Positions 14,301-24,669 of a stretch of 64,000 bases of DNA are shown here, piece by piece. The position numbers and the translations under genes were made by a program. Numbering within the stretch: position 1 is the stretch's first letter; every line of letters starts with the position of its first letter. The DNA lies in contig JASTWF010000343.1 in assembly GCA_030390025.1 (NCBI GenBank), forward strand, positions 310,001 through 374,000, written 5' to 3'. The notes beneath the pieces are model-generated. The model was not told the origin of the DNA. It saw only the letters and a program-made list of their open reading frames with translations, and did not search any database. This DNA comes from Squalus acanthias. Lineage: Eukaryota.

Positions 14301-15131
14301 GAGCCGTGGGGAATTTGCGTATCAATGTCTTTGGATGGGCCCTTGATTGCCCAGTAGAATAGCCCCCGTTTGTGAATGGAAAACCGATTCCAACACTTAT
14401 ATTCTCTTAGGTGTACAAAATGCAAAACGATCGCGTCTTGTCTTATTTCATTATGCTGAGTACTGTCCGATCTTGCTGAAATGTTTATTGAAACGCCATC
14501 TTGTCTGCCTACTGAAAAATCTGGAACCTTCTGCCACGAGGCGCGGCGGCCATTTTACAGGCTGCTTGTGTCCATTTTGAAACATGACAGCATTTTGCTG
14601 AAATAAAGCTGTTTTTACGAAACTATGTCTCTTTCTCATTATTTTGAAATCGCGATAATTTGCGAATTCTACACCTATCAATTTTCACCCCATCCATTGA
14701 CTCTACCATCTCCGATATTTTGTCAGCATCCTCTTCCTTAGTAAACACCGATACAAAGTACACATTAAGTATTCTAGCCTTGCTTTGTGCCTCTAAGCAT
14801 ACATCACCTTCATTGTCCCTAATAGGCCTCACCCCGCCTCTTACTACGCTCTTACAGGCCGGTAGAAGATGTTTGCGTTCCCTTTTATGTTAACTGCCAT
14901 TATATTCTCATATTCTCTCTTCACCAGTCTTATTTTCCTCTTCACTCCACCTCTCAATTTATTGTATTTTCCCTGGTTCTCACATGCATCATACACCATT
15001 TTTTTGTTTCATCATATTTTCTATCTCCCTCGTCATCCAAGGAGCCCTGGCTTTGCTTCCCCTAACTTGCCTTCTTGTTGGAATGTACCTAGCTTGTACC
15101 TTCAAAATCGCCTCCTTAAAAATCACCCATT
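11335..15131 (-). mobile_element. CR1 LINE ORF2/3' end, host of two LTR insertions
   Basis: ANVTPLF..NYRP, SQHGFVKG, YMDFKKAFD; continues across the LTR at 14674 (LNVYFVSVFTKEE). Confidence 0.9.
12922..14673 (-). mobile_element. Long solo LTR (1752 bp)
   Basis: TGTA...TACA termini, flanks CCTC/CCTA (4-bp TSD with one mismatch), CR1 resumes on both sides, minus-strand AATAAA at 13140-13145, enhancer-like direct repeats at 13530-13730. Confidence 0.8.
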
Positions 15132-16052
15132 TGTGAGTCAGTCAAGTGACCTCTCAGCGATCCTGGACAGACACATTAGGCAGCAGCCAGTATATTTGAG
15201 CAATAGATCTTATTTATTAAGCTTACAGCGTAATTAATACTTAACATTAGGCGATAGTCAAAACGAATTGCTCGCAGCCCTTCGTCTCTGGAGCCCTTTG
15301 GACACAGGCAACGTCTTCGTAAGTGTGTTCCTTTTCTTCGCAGCAAATCTCTGTGTAAAGTTGTTCTTTGAGTATCGAGGTTTTTACCCTTTTCTTGTCA
15401 ACATTTCGTTTGGCCAGTGTCCATATATGGTCTTTAACAAAATCACGTTCTTTAATTGGTTCTAATGGTCAAAATACCATTGTCACTCAGGTTAAGGCTA
15501 GTAATCTGGCCACTCCTTTCCCAGTACATTTCCATTAACCCTGTTCTGCTGTCGTATTATCTTGTTTATAGCTTTTCACCCCATTGGAATTTACCATATC
15601 TCTTTCATTTCATGTCTCCCTGGTTCAAGGCCTTTATACCAAGAGCCTATATCAGCACTGTTTCAATTAGTCTTGAGGTATCCAGACTATCTCACTTTAA
15701 TCTACCAGATCAATACCTTAACTTCCATGATCTCTCTCATTATATGTCCTTATACTAATTATCCTTTAAATATTGTTTCAATTAATTTTGTTATGCGAAT
15801 TCTAAGTTCTACTTCGCATCATAGTGTGTTATTTAATGATTTGATCTTCACAAGCAGCCTATGGCTGTTTATTATCAAAGCGTAGTCAAAACTGTTGTTG
15901 ACTGTCCCCGCAGCTGCATTCTGAACAAGTCTTAGCTTTTTACTTACCCAGGAGTAATTATGGGTAATATTATTTCGTCAATGATGTCAGTTGAATTTAT
16001 ACATATATGATTCTCGTCTATTAAATATATTTAAATATAAGCCTTTCATACA
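15132..16052 (-). repeat. 3' LTR of the provirus (~920 bp)
   Basis: Minus strand reads purine tract GAGGTGGGG(tct) then TGTATG... and ends GACTCACA at the CR1 junction; AATAAA near 15213-15218. Confidence 0.7.
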
Positions 16053-17297
16053 AGACCCCACCTCGAGAATGAAATGTTTTAAAAATTGATTCCTCGATTA
16101 CCTCTATCTACTTTCTGACAAGCATTGCTATAAGTCTAAGTTATAAATAGTCATGTCACGCCTAGAAACTCTACGGATTACAGTTCGCAGATAACATATC
16201 ATAATCAATACAATAAACGTAAATATAATTTGGATGGGTAAGATTGCCAGGGAAACCTTTCTGTACAGTGGCTGTTGTCCCACTTTATATGTGGTTTCCC
16301 ACCAACTGCTACTCCCTAGGGTCATAATCTCTCTCTAGGTTCTATCATTGCTTTGTTGCATCTGGACCAAGTGTATTTGTGAAGTTGAAGTTCTCTCTGT
16401 AATGGCTTTAATATTTAGGGATAGGGGTGGAATTGGATGTCCAAAGTTAACCACTGCTCTCAGGGATTCTACTTGCATTGAAAAGTTCACTCTTAGTGCG
16501 GTAATATCGTGAATTATTACATGTCTATTCGGACCGTTTCTGTGGGTTTAAAGCAAAAGGTAGGATAATCTATTGGACATTCATCCTGCCCATGCTGGCA
16601 AAATTTAGCACGAGTGGTGACGCAATAGGTGCCCATTTTCAGATAAACATAATTTATCCGGTCTAATCCCCATCTTTGCACATTCATACTAGAGAGGGAT
16701 GAGTGTGAGTGTGAGTCTAGTGTGAACCCACACTCATCTTGTGTACCTGCGGCAGCCACAGTACGACAGGAGCGATTGGCAGACGGTCATAATCCCCATT
16801 TACTCTCACTAAATATACTAATCCCTGTTCACTTGCCATTTTACATTTTATTCATTATCATAATGGAGCTACTTCCTAATCAAGGAATCATTGACAAATG
16901 AGGGGACTCGGTTACGTTCTATTTCACTTAACCTTGCCATCACTTGGTCCATCATATAACTCCCATAAATTGAACTTACCATAGCTGTTGAGATGTGTTG
17001 CTCTGTTTTATTTATCCCTTTTGTCCCATTGTTAAAATGATCCTGAATTTGTCTGTATATTTCTGTTTCGCCTCGTGTGGTTATCAGCATAATCTCTAAT
17101 ATCTGCATGGTGTCTGAATCTCCCTTATTCATATTAGATAGAAGGCCTTTCAACTCTCTCCTCATTATCTCGTCTTTTTCCCACATAGTTTCGATATCTA
17201 CCCTGTTCAAGATGCGGAGATGCCAGCGTTGGACTGGGGTGGACTAAAATGAGAAGTCGCACAACACCAGGTTATAGTCCAACAGATTTATTTAAAA

Positions 17298-17333
17298 TTA
17301 CAAGCTTTCGGAGCTATCGCCCCTTCCTCAGGT
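17298..17333 (-). ncRNA. Minimal hammerhead ribozyme motif in Penelope pLTR
   Basis: Minus strand CTGAGGA-A-GGGGC-GATA-GCTCC-GAAA-GCTTGTA gives the CUGAnGA core, stem II, GAAA and palindromic AAGCTT. Confidence 0.7.
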
Positions 17334-17581
17334 AAAGTTACAATGAGTGAATGTATAATATTTCACAGCATATAAACACAGAAACTGCAGAGATACAGTC
17401 TTTCAGGGAAGGTGTCCTTACATCAAAGACACACCAAGAGCACAGCCAAGACAATGAGATGTGTCACAGGGGGTCTAACGTGTCAAATCCTGCTGTCTGC
17501 ATTTTTTTTGTGTGTTTTATTTTTGGGGTTTGTTTTTTTTGTGTTTTTTTTTAAACTGGAAAGACAGACAACGATGTCGAG

Positions 17582-19582
17582 TCACGTTCTGTAGCGTGAC
17601 ATGAACCCGATATCACTATTGAGGCCGTCCTCATGGGTGCGGAACATGGCTATCAGTTTCTGCTCGATGATTTTGCGTTGTCGTGTGTCTCGAAGGCCGC
17701 CTTGGAGAACACTAATCCGCAGATCCGAGGCTGAATGTCCTTGACTGCTGAAGTGTTCCCCGACTGGGAGGCAACAATCCTGCCTGGCGATTGTTGCGCG
17801 GTGTACGTTCATACGTTGTCTCAGTGTCTGCATGGTCTCGCCGATGTACCATGCTCTGGGGCATCCTTTCCTGCAACGTATCAGGTAGACAACGTTGGCC
17901 GAGTCACATGAGTATGTACCATGTACCTGGTGGGTAGTGTGCTCACGTGTGATGACGGTATCTGTGTTCATGATCTGGCATGTCTTGCAGAGGTTGCCTT
18001 GGCAGGGTTGTGTGGTGTCGTGGTCGCTGTTCTCCTGACAGCTGAGTAATTTGCTGCGAACGATGGTACTTTTGAGGTTAGGCGGCTGCTTGAAGGCGAG
18101 TAGTGGAGGCGTGGGGATGGCCTTAGCAAGGTGTTCGTCGTCATCGATGACATGTTGAAGGCTGCGAAGAATATGGCATAGTTTCTCCGCTCCGGGGAAG
18201 TACTGGACGACGTAGGGTACTCTGTTGGTTGTGTCCCGTGTTCGCCTTCTGAGGAGGTCTATGCATTTTTTCGCTGTGGCCCGTCGGAACTGTCGATCGA
18301 CGAGTCGAGCGTCATATCCCGTTCTTACGAGGGCGTCTTTCAGTGTCCGTAGGCGTCCATCGCGTTCCTCCTCGTCTGAGCAGATCCTGTGTATTCGCAG
18401 GGCTTGTCCATAGCGGATGGCTTCTTTAACGTGGTTAGGGTGGAAGCTGGAGAAGTGGAGCATCGTGAGGTTGTCCGTGGGCTTGCGGTAGAGTGAAGTG
18501 CTGAGGCGTCCGTCTTTGATGGAGATTCGTGTGTCCAAGAATGAAACCGATTCTGAGGAGTAGTCCATGGTGAGTTTGATGGTGGGATGGAACCTGTTGA
18601 TGTTATCGTGTAGTCCTTTCAGTGATCCTTCGCCGTGGGTCCAAAGGAAGAAGATGTCGTCGATGTATCTGGTGTACAGCGTTGGTTGGAAGTCCTGTGC
18701 AGCGAAGAAGTCTTGCTCGAACTTGTGCATGAAGATGTTGGCGTATTGGGGTGCGAATTTGTTCCCCATGGCTGTTCCGTGTGTTTGGGTAAAAAACTGG
18801 TTGTCGAAGGTGAAGACAATGTGGTCAAGGATGAAGCGGATGAGTTGTAGGATGGCGTCTGGAGATTGGCTGTTGTTGGTGTTGAGTACTGAGGCTGTTG
18901 CAGCGATGCCGTCATCGTGGGGGATATTGGTGTAGAGTGCCAATACGTCCATCGTGGCGAGGAGTGTTCCGGGTTCAACTGGTCCATGGGTGCTGAGTTT
19001 CTGCAAGAAGTCTGTAGTGTCGCGACAGAAGCTGGGGGTTCCCTGTACGATGGGTTTCAGGATGCCCTCGACGTACCCAGAGAGGTTCTCACACAGGGTT
19101 CCGATGCCTGATACGATAGGACGTCCGGGTGTGTTGGCTTTGTGTATCTTTGGGAGGCAGTAAAAGTCTCCTACGCGGGGAGTACGTGGGATGAGAGCGC
19201 GTAGGATGTTTTGAAGTTCTGGATCGAAGGTCTTGATCAGTCTATTGAGTTGGCGGGTGTGTTCTTTTGTCGGATCTGCGGGTAACTGTCTGTAGTGTTC
19301 CTGGTTGTCCAGTTGACGGTATGCTTCTTTGAAATATTCCATTCTGTTCTGTATGACGATGGCTCCTCCTTTGTCCGCTGGTTTGATGACGATGTTGCGG
19401 TTGGTCTTGAGAGCGTGGATGGCATTGCGTTGTGCACGGGTGACATTCTGGACTGTCTTGTGAGTGCAGCTGATGAATCTGGCTTTGATGCTTTTCCTGA
19501 CAGCTTGAGCATACATGTCAAGCTTAGGGCAGCGACTCTCCGGAGGGGTCCAATTTGACTCTTTCTTCTTCGGTTGCTGCAC
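17582..19582 (-). CDS. Penelope RT plus GIY-YIG endonuclease ORF (666 codons, N-terminally truncated, no stops)
   Basis: IKPADKGGAIV, LPKIHK..PGRPIVS, GTAMGNKFAP, RYIDDIFF, LYRKPTD, VVYLIRC..WYIGET..RQRMNVH. Confidence 0.93.
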   Translation of the reverse strand: MQQPKKKESNWTPPESRCPKLDMYAQAVRKSIKARFISCTHKTVQNVTRAQRNAIHALKTNRNIVIKPADKGGAIVIQNRMEYFKEAYRQLDNQEHYRQLPADPTKEHTRQLNRLIKTFDPELQNILRALIPRTPRVGDFYCLPKIHKANTPGRPIVSGIGTLCENLSGYVEGILKPIVQGTPSFCRDTTDFLQKLSTHGPVEPGTLLATMDVLALYTNIPHDDGIAATASVLNTNNSQSPDAILQLIRFILDHIVFTFDNQFFTQTHGTAMGNKFAPQYANIFMHKFEQDFFAAQDFQPTLYTRYIDDIFFLWTHGEGSLKGLHDNINRFHPTIKLTMDYSSESVSFLDTRISIKDGRLSTSLYRKPTDNLTMLHFSSFHPNHVKEAIRYGQALRIHRICSDEEERDGRLRTLKDALVRTGYDARLVDRQFRRATAKKCIDLLRRRTRDTTNRVPYVVQYFPGAEKLCHILRSLQHVIDDDEHLAKAIPTPPLLAFKQPPNLKSTIVRSKLLSCQENSDHDTTQPCQGNLCKTCQIMNTDTVITREHTTHQVHGTYSCDSANVVYLIRCRKGCPRAWYIGETMQTLRQRMNVHRATIARQDCCLPVGEHFSSQGHSASDLRISVLQGGLRDTRQRKIIEQKLIAMFRTHEDGLNSDIGFMSRYRT

Positions 19583-20254
19583 TCCGGTTCCCTCTGTCTG
19601 CTGTTCTGGATCATTGATTGTCTCACAGATACCGTCATCACACGTGAGACACTACCCACCAGGTACATGGTACATACTCAGGTGACTCGGCGAACGTTGT
19701 CTACCTGATACGTTGCAGGAAAGGATTCCCCAGAGCATGGTACATCGCCGAGACCAAGCAGACACTGAGACAACGTATGAACGGACACCGCGCAACAATC
19801 GCCAGGCAGGATTGTTGCCTCCCAGTCGTGGAACACTTCAGCTATCAAGGACATTCAGCCTCGGATCTGCGGGTTAGCGTTCTCCAAGGCGGCCTTCGAG
19901 ACACACGACAACGCAAAATCATCGAGCAGAAACTGATAGCCATGTTCCGCACCCATGAGGACGGCCTCAATAGTGATATCGGGTTCATGTCACGCTACAG
20001 AACGTGACTCGACATCGTTGTCTGTCTTTCCAGTTTAAAAAAAAACACAAAAAAAACAAACCCCAAAAATAAAACACACAAAAAAATCCAGACAGCAGGA
20101 TTTGACACGTTGGACCTCCTGTGACACATCTCATTGTCTTGGCTGTGCTCTTGGTGTGTCTTTGATGTAAGGACACCTTCCCTGAAAGATTGTATCTCTG
20201 CAGCTTCTGTGTTTATATACTGTGAAATATTGTAGATTCACTCATTGTAACTTT

Positions 20255-20290
20255 ACCTGAGGAAGGGGCGACATCTCCGAAAGCTTGTAA
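20255..20290 (+). ncRNA. Second hammerhead motif copy (stem II mutated)
   Basis: CTGAGGAAGGGGCGACATCTCCGAAAGCTTGTA in the inverted pLTR. Confidence 0.6.
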
Positions 20291-21296
20291 TTTTAAATAA
20301 ATCTGTTGGACGATAACCTGGTGTTGTGCGACTTCTCATTTTTACCCTGTTCAAGGCAGCGGTTCCCGCGGTGGCTCCTAACCCTAACTATTCTTTGTTC
20401 TCAGGTGGCTACTATTATGACCTGAAATGCTGACCATTGCGCAAATCTGTTCTACATCCTACGAACCCCATCTGTCTTGGGCATGGTTCTTATCTAAACA
20501 ATTCTTTATCATTTTCCTCACCAAGTGTTCTTAATATCCGCGGTGTCCTGTAGGACATACATTTCTGGGAAAGGGAATACCTTTAAAATTAAAGATTACC
20601 GGGATAATTTCGTACCGAACATCGCTATACAATTGTTTATAGCTACGGGTGACAACCAATCCGTTTGATGATCCTTTTGTTATTAATGGCCATCTCTTAT
20701 TTTTACACATGTCGCTTTTCCTTTGTAAACTTGTCTCCTCCGTTCTTCCCCTGATCTCCAACAGTAGTATTTGTCGTTGCCTGGGTCTCTCTTCTTGCTC
20801 CGCATTAACACAGCCTATCATTCCCCTATGTCTTTTACCTATTTTGGGCCAATTCAGTCTATTCAAACTCTGTCCCATATATGGGATCCCCGCTCTATTT
20901 GGTGTCATCTCAACCATTTTGTCGAATCCAAAACCCTGGATCTACAAACTTTCATTTTCCTAATTGAAACTTTGGGGTTACTTGAACATTGTCTTTAGTA
21001 CATAGATACTCTATTTTAATCCCTTCGCCCTCTCTGGCCCGTAAATATGGGGTCCCACCGGTCGTATTTTCAGGTTCACAATAACCACAGTACGCAATCA
21101 TATTGCATCCGTCTGAAGCTGTTCCCCATTCCAATGATGACGTATCGCCGGTTGACATCTTGACTCCTTTCGGGATGATGATAACATTCGAAGTCTGGTC
21201 GGTACCAGCAAGCATCAGAAGTCCCACTATGCGTCTGAGTCCTTCCATTTTGGTCACCTGAAGGACAAAAAAGAGTGAAGTATTAGTGCAGTATTT

Positions 21297-23175
21297 AGTC
21301 TTTCACAGTCTTTAACTGATTGAAATGGTACCATACAGTTACTTTTCTCTTTTCCACTCTCCCTTTAGGGTACTGAACCAGATACACGGCTGGATTCAAA
21401 GTTTCCACTATTGAGTAGAATCCTTACAATTTGGGGTCAAACGCATTTTCCTTTTTCCCATAATTTAGTACCATGACTTTATCACCTATCTGATATTCAA
21501 AAGGTCGAACCTTCTGGTCAAAGTATTTCTTGATTTGGTTTCTGGATTTCCCTAAATTGTTTTTGCCACGTGTGGGTTAACTTCATTAATATGCTCTACT
21601 GTGCGCTCCAACCACGAGTGGTTACATGGTTGTTGCGTGAGTGGTGTAGTGCCAGTCAAAGTTAGATGACCTGTAGACCTCACCAACCTCCCAGCCATTG
21701 CCTGGTAAGGTGATATCCCCGTGGTCCTATGTGGTGTGGACCGAATTACAATTAAACACATGGGTAACATATTGACCCATTGAGTGGGGTGTTATGTACA
21801 CGATTTTCCCAACATAGATTTCAGTGTACGATTCCCTCTTTCCACTATCCCGGATGATTGTGGATGATGAGCTATAAGTAGATTATGTTTAATTCCCATA
21901 ATTTCTGCCAATTTGGAAAAGAACTTCACCAGTGAAGTGGGTGCCCTGATCACTATCAACTTGAAGTGGCAGTCCCCACCTACAGAACACCTCACTCAAT
22001 AACAACCTGGCCGCAGTAAGCACGGTGTTGGATCGGGAGGGGCAGACCTCAATCCATTTAGTGAACTGGTCGATAACAACGAGGGGGTATTTATAATTGC
22101 CCTGCGAAGGTGGGAGGGGACCAATAAAATCAATTTGAATATGATCCTGGGCCCATCAGAGCCTGGCTGACTTCGAAGGAAGGCACGGTTGGAACAAGGG
22201 GAGGGGTTCTGCTGCAAACACGGTATGCATCGGGAAACATATAAATTCACAGTTCCCTCATATCATGCCACCAGGCTGTGGAGGCAATCTTTGTGAAAGT
22301 GACTTCTGTCAAGTAATGCCCTCCTACATGGTGGGAGTTGAATAGGAACAAGATTTTTTATGCCAGGTGTGGGGGAATACAGACAACTGGGTAATTATCT
22401 GGGGTATTTTGATACATAAGTAATGGTTGTGACCCCTTTGTAGTAAGAAGGGTGTTGGGGGCCCATGTGGTGGGTGCCGGTTAGGGTTTACCTTAGCCAT
22501 GCCAATTGATGTCTATCTGATAGGGGCTATACTCTGTTTGAAGGGAAGCCTAATCGAGAGCTTTGCTAATTGCAGCAACTGGGATTACCTCCTCAAGTTG
22601 TAGAGGGAGGGGTTCATCGGTCAGGGCTGCTTCTTTAGCAGCTACTTCTGCTGCATTATTTCCCAGGGTGTGAGTGGACTGGTCTCTCTCATGGGCATTG
22701 ACCTTACACATGTGACAAGGCTTTTGTCGTGCCTTTAGGTCCTACCATATGAGACGTAACCATGGCTCATAGGTAAGGGGTTTACCATCTGATGAGAAGT
22801 AGGAATTATTTTGGTACAGCGGAAGGGACAGCATGGCATTGATGGGATAGGCACTGTCAGACCAAATGTTTGTCGGGTAGCCAGAAGTTTCTCGAACGGC
22901 GTTGAGGAGGGACAAAATCTCTGCATATTGGATTGAGTGTTTATTACTTTTAAACTTGAGAGTCTTCTCAGGTGGGACCACAGCACATCCGGTATGAGGT
23001 GATCCCTGTATGTGGTAGGAGGAGCCAACCACGTATACGTCAGAGGCTCCTTCTATTGTTGATCGCAAAACAGGATGGGACTCAAAGTCTACTAAAGGCA
23101 GCGGACACTTGTGAGGGTGTCCCATGGAATTCTATCGAAGAAGAGCAGCAGAGTTAACCGCGGTGTTCTGGCCAA
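21297..23175 (-). pseudogene. pol: pol 3' half: retroviral-type RNase H plus integrase
   Basis: RH: VYVVGSS..SIQYAEI..NIWSDSAY..KVNAH..GNNAAEVAAK. IN: CIPC, QIDFIGPLPPSQG, VDSDQGTHFT, HPQSSGIVERGNRTLK, STPHRTTGISPY, YQIGDKVMV. Confidence 0.92.
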
Positions 23176-23947
23176 TATTTGTCGCAATCAACATCACTAA
23201 AGCAGATTATCTGGTCATTATGACATTGCTGTTTGTGGGAGCTTGCTGTGCGCAAACTGGCTGCTGCATTTCCTTTGGTACAACAGTGACTACACAAGAG
23301 TTATGTAATGATGTATGAAGCTACATTAGAAGAAACCACTCTTTGTTTCAGAAAGAAACAGAAAATACCTTGATTAAACTGATAACGTGCAATTCGATTT
23401 GGTTTGAATGTTTGATATAGGAGAATAAAAATTCTGAGCTCAATGAAATTTGTTTCTCGCTGTTACGTGCGAAGTACCTAAAATAATTCAATACTTTTCT
23501 TGATAAGAGCAGGGAATAATATTGTGGAGAATGTTTAAGAGAAATACATTATCAGCGAAATTGGTAAATTATATATCTTTGCTTCAACATATGAGTTAAC
23601 ATTTCCAAATCAGTCTGAATGGTTCTCCTGTCCAGGAAGAAAGACAAATGTTTATTTCTGTTAAGTTACAGCTCTTTCCTGCGTTTTGTTTATAATTCAG
23701 TGACGCAAATTGTGTATGTGTTTTTCTGCACTTGTGAATAAGTGCTGCATTTCTGAGCTGTTACACAGATGGTGTGCTGGTTCAAGAAGACCACGTTTAG
23801 TAATGGAAGTGATTGAAGTTGAAAATACGGATACCCATTTTGTTCAGTTCCTTTTAATACTGCGAATTAAAGAACTACAACACTTTATATTTGTTGATTG
23901 TCTGGTTGCATTGTTATTAATATTCTAATAACTTACGTGGACATAAT

Positions 23948-24445
23948 ATGTGCATGGAATACAATGCGGAGAAATGTGAAGCTATCTACTTTGGTAGGAA
24001 AAATGGAAAAGCAGAATATTTTTTAAATGGTGAGAGATTGGGAAATGTTTGTGTTCAGTGGGACCTGGGTGTCTTTGTACAAGAATCACTGAACGGTAGA
24101 TGCAGGGAGGATGTTTCCCCTGTCTGGGAATTCTAGAACCAGGGGACACAGTCTCCGAATAACGGTTCGGCCATTTAGGACCGAGATGAGCAGAAATGTC
24201 TTTACTCAGTGTGTGGTGAATCTTTGGATTTTTCTAGCCCAGAGGGCTGTGGAGACTCTGTCGTTGAGTATATTCAAGACACATATCGATTGATTTTTGA
24301 ATATTGAGGGAATCAAGGGATATGGGGATAGTGCAGGAAAGTGGAGAAGAGGTAGAAGATCAGCCATGATCATATTGAATGGCGGAGTAGGCTCGAAGGG
24401 CCAAATGTCCTACTCCTGCTCCTATTTTTATGTACTTATGTTCTT
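23948..24445 (+). mobile_element. CR1 3' end with internal deletion
   Basis: MEYNAEKCE..WDLGV joined directly to MFPL..RTRGHSL; conserved CAGCCATGATC..GAATGGCGGAG 3' UTR. Confidence 0.88.
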
Positions 24446-24498
24446 AAAGCTCCCTCAATACTGTCCCATCAAACAATTCCAGGCAGGCGCACACAAGC

Positions 24499-24620
24499 AA
24501 ACTACTGCGGATGCTGGAAATCTGAAGTAAAAACAGAAAATGATGGAAATACTCAGCAGGTCAGGCAGCATCTGTGGAGAGAGAGACAGGGTTAAAAATT
24601 CAGATCGTTGACCTTTCAGT
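24499..24620. mobile_element. Fragment of a common shark short repeat (probably Penelope-derived)
   Basis: GCGGATGCTGGAAATCTGAA..AAACAGAAAATG.TGGAAATACTCAGCAGGTCAGGCAGCATCTG hairpin-forming motif, recognised from memory only. Confidence 0.5.
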
Positions 24621-24669
24621 GGAACAGGCAGGTACACATGGGTTAGACACAGAGTAATGCACCACCCAC

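Larger units (their letters stand above)
17212..20342 (-). mobile_element. Penelope-like element, 5'-truncated with inverted 3' duplication
   Basis: 13-bp TSD TACCCTGTTCAAG (17199-17211, 20343-20355); ~720-bp inverted repeat (17246-17966 vs 19624-20344); 34-bp tail at 17212-17245. Confidence 0.95.
16128..21248 (-). pseudogene. env: env (class I fusion glycoprotein), disrupted and split by Penelope
   Basis: Signal peptide MEGLRRIVGLLMLAG; degenerate basic site LRTK; fusion peptide LGLGATAGTAALNRVDIE, continuous across the Penelope TSD; heptad region; Cys-rich GTYCVTT..CQHGQDECPIDYPTFCFKP; SSWW followed by TM ILPIQIIFTFIVLIMICYL and a basic tail. Confidence 0.8.
15132..23175 (-). mobile_element. 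5'-truncated env-bearing endogenous retrovirus (lokiretrovirus-like)
   Basis: Minus-strand order RNase H, integrase, splice acceptor, env, PPT, LTR. gag, PR, RT and the 5' LTR are absent. Confidence 0.85.

Noticed and set aside
21990..22150. Foamy virus assignment from IDFIGPLPPSQG
   Set aside because: The motif resembles foamy integrase, but the Env is short with a simple signal peptide and there is no accessory region between env and LTR. Not excluded without a phylogeny.
23176..23945. Non-repetitive AT-rich stretch as possible exon or enhancer
   Set aside because: No recognisable protein similarity or convincing splice pair; cannot be supported without conservation data.
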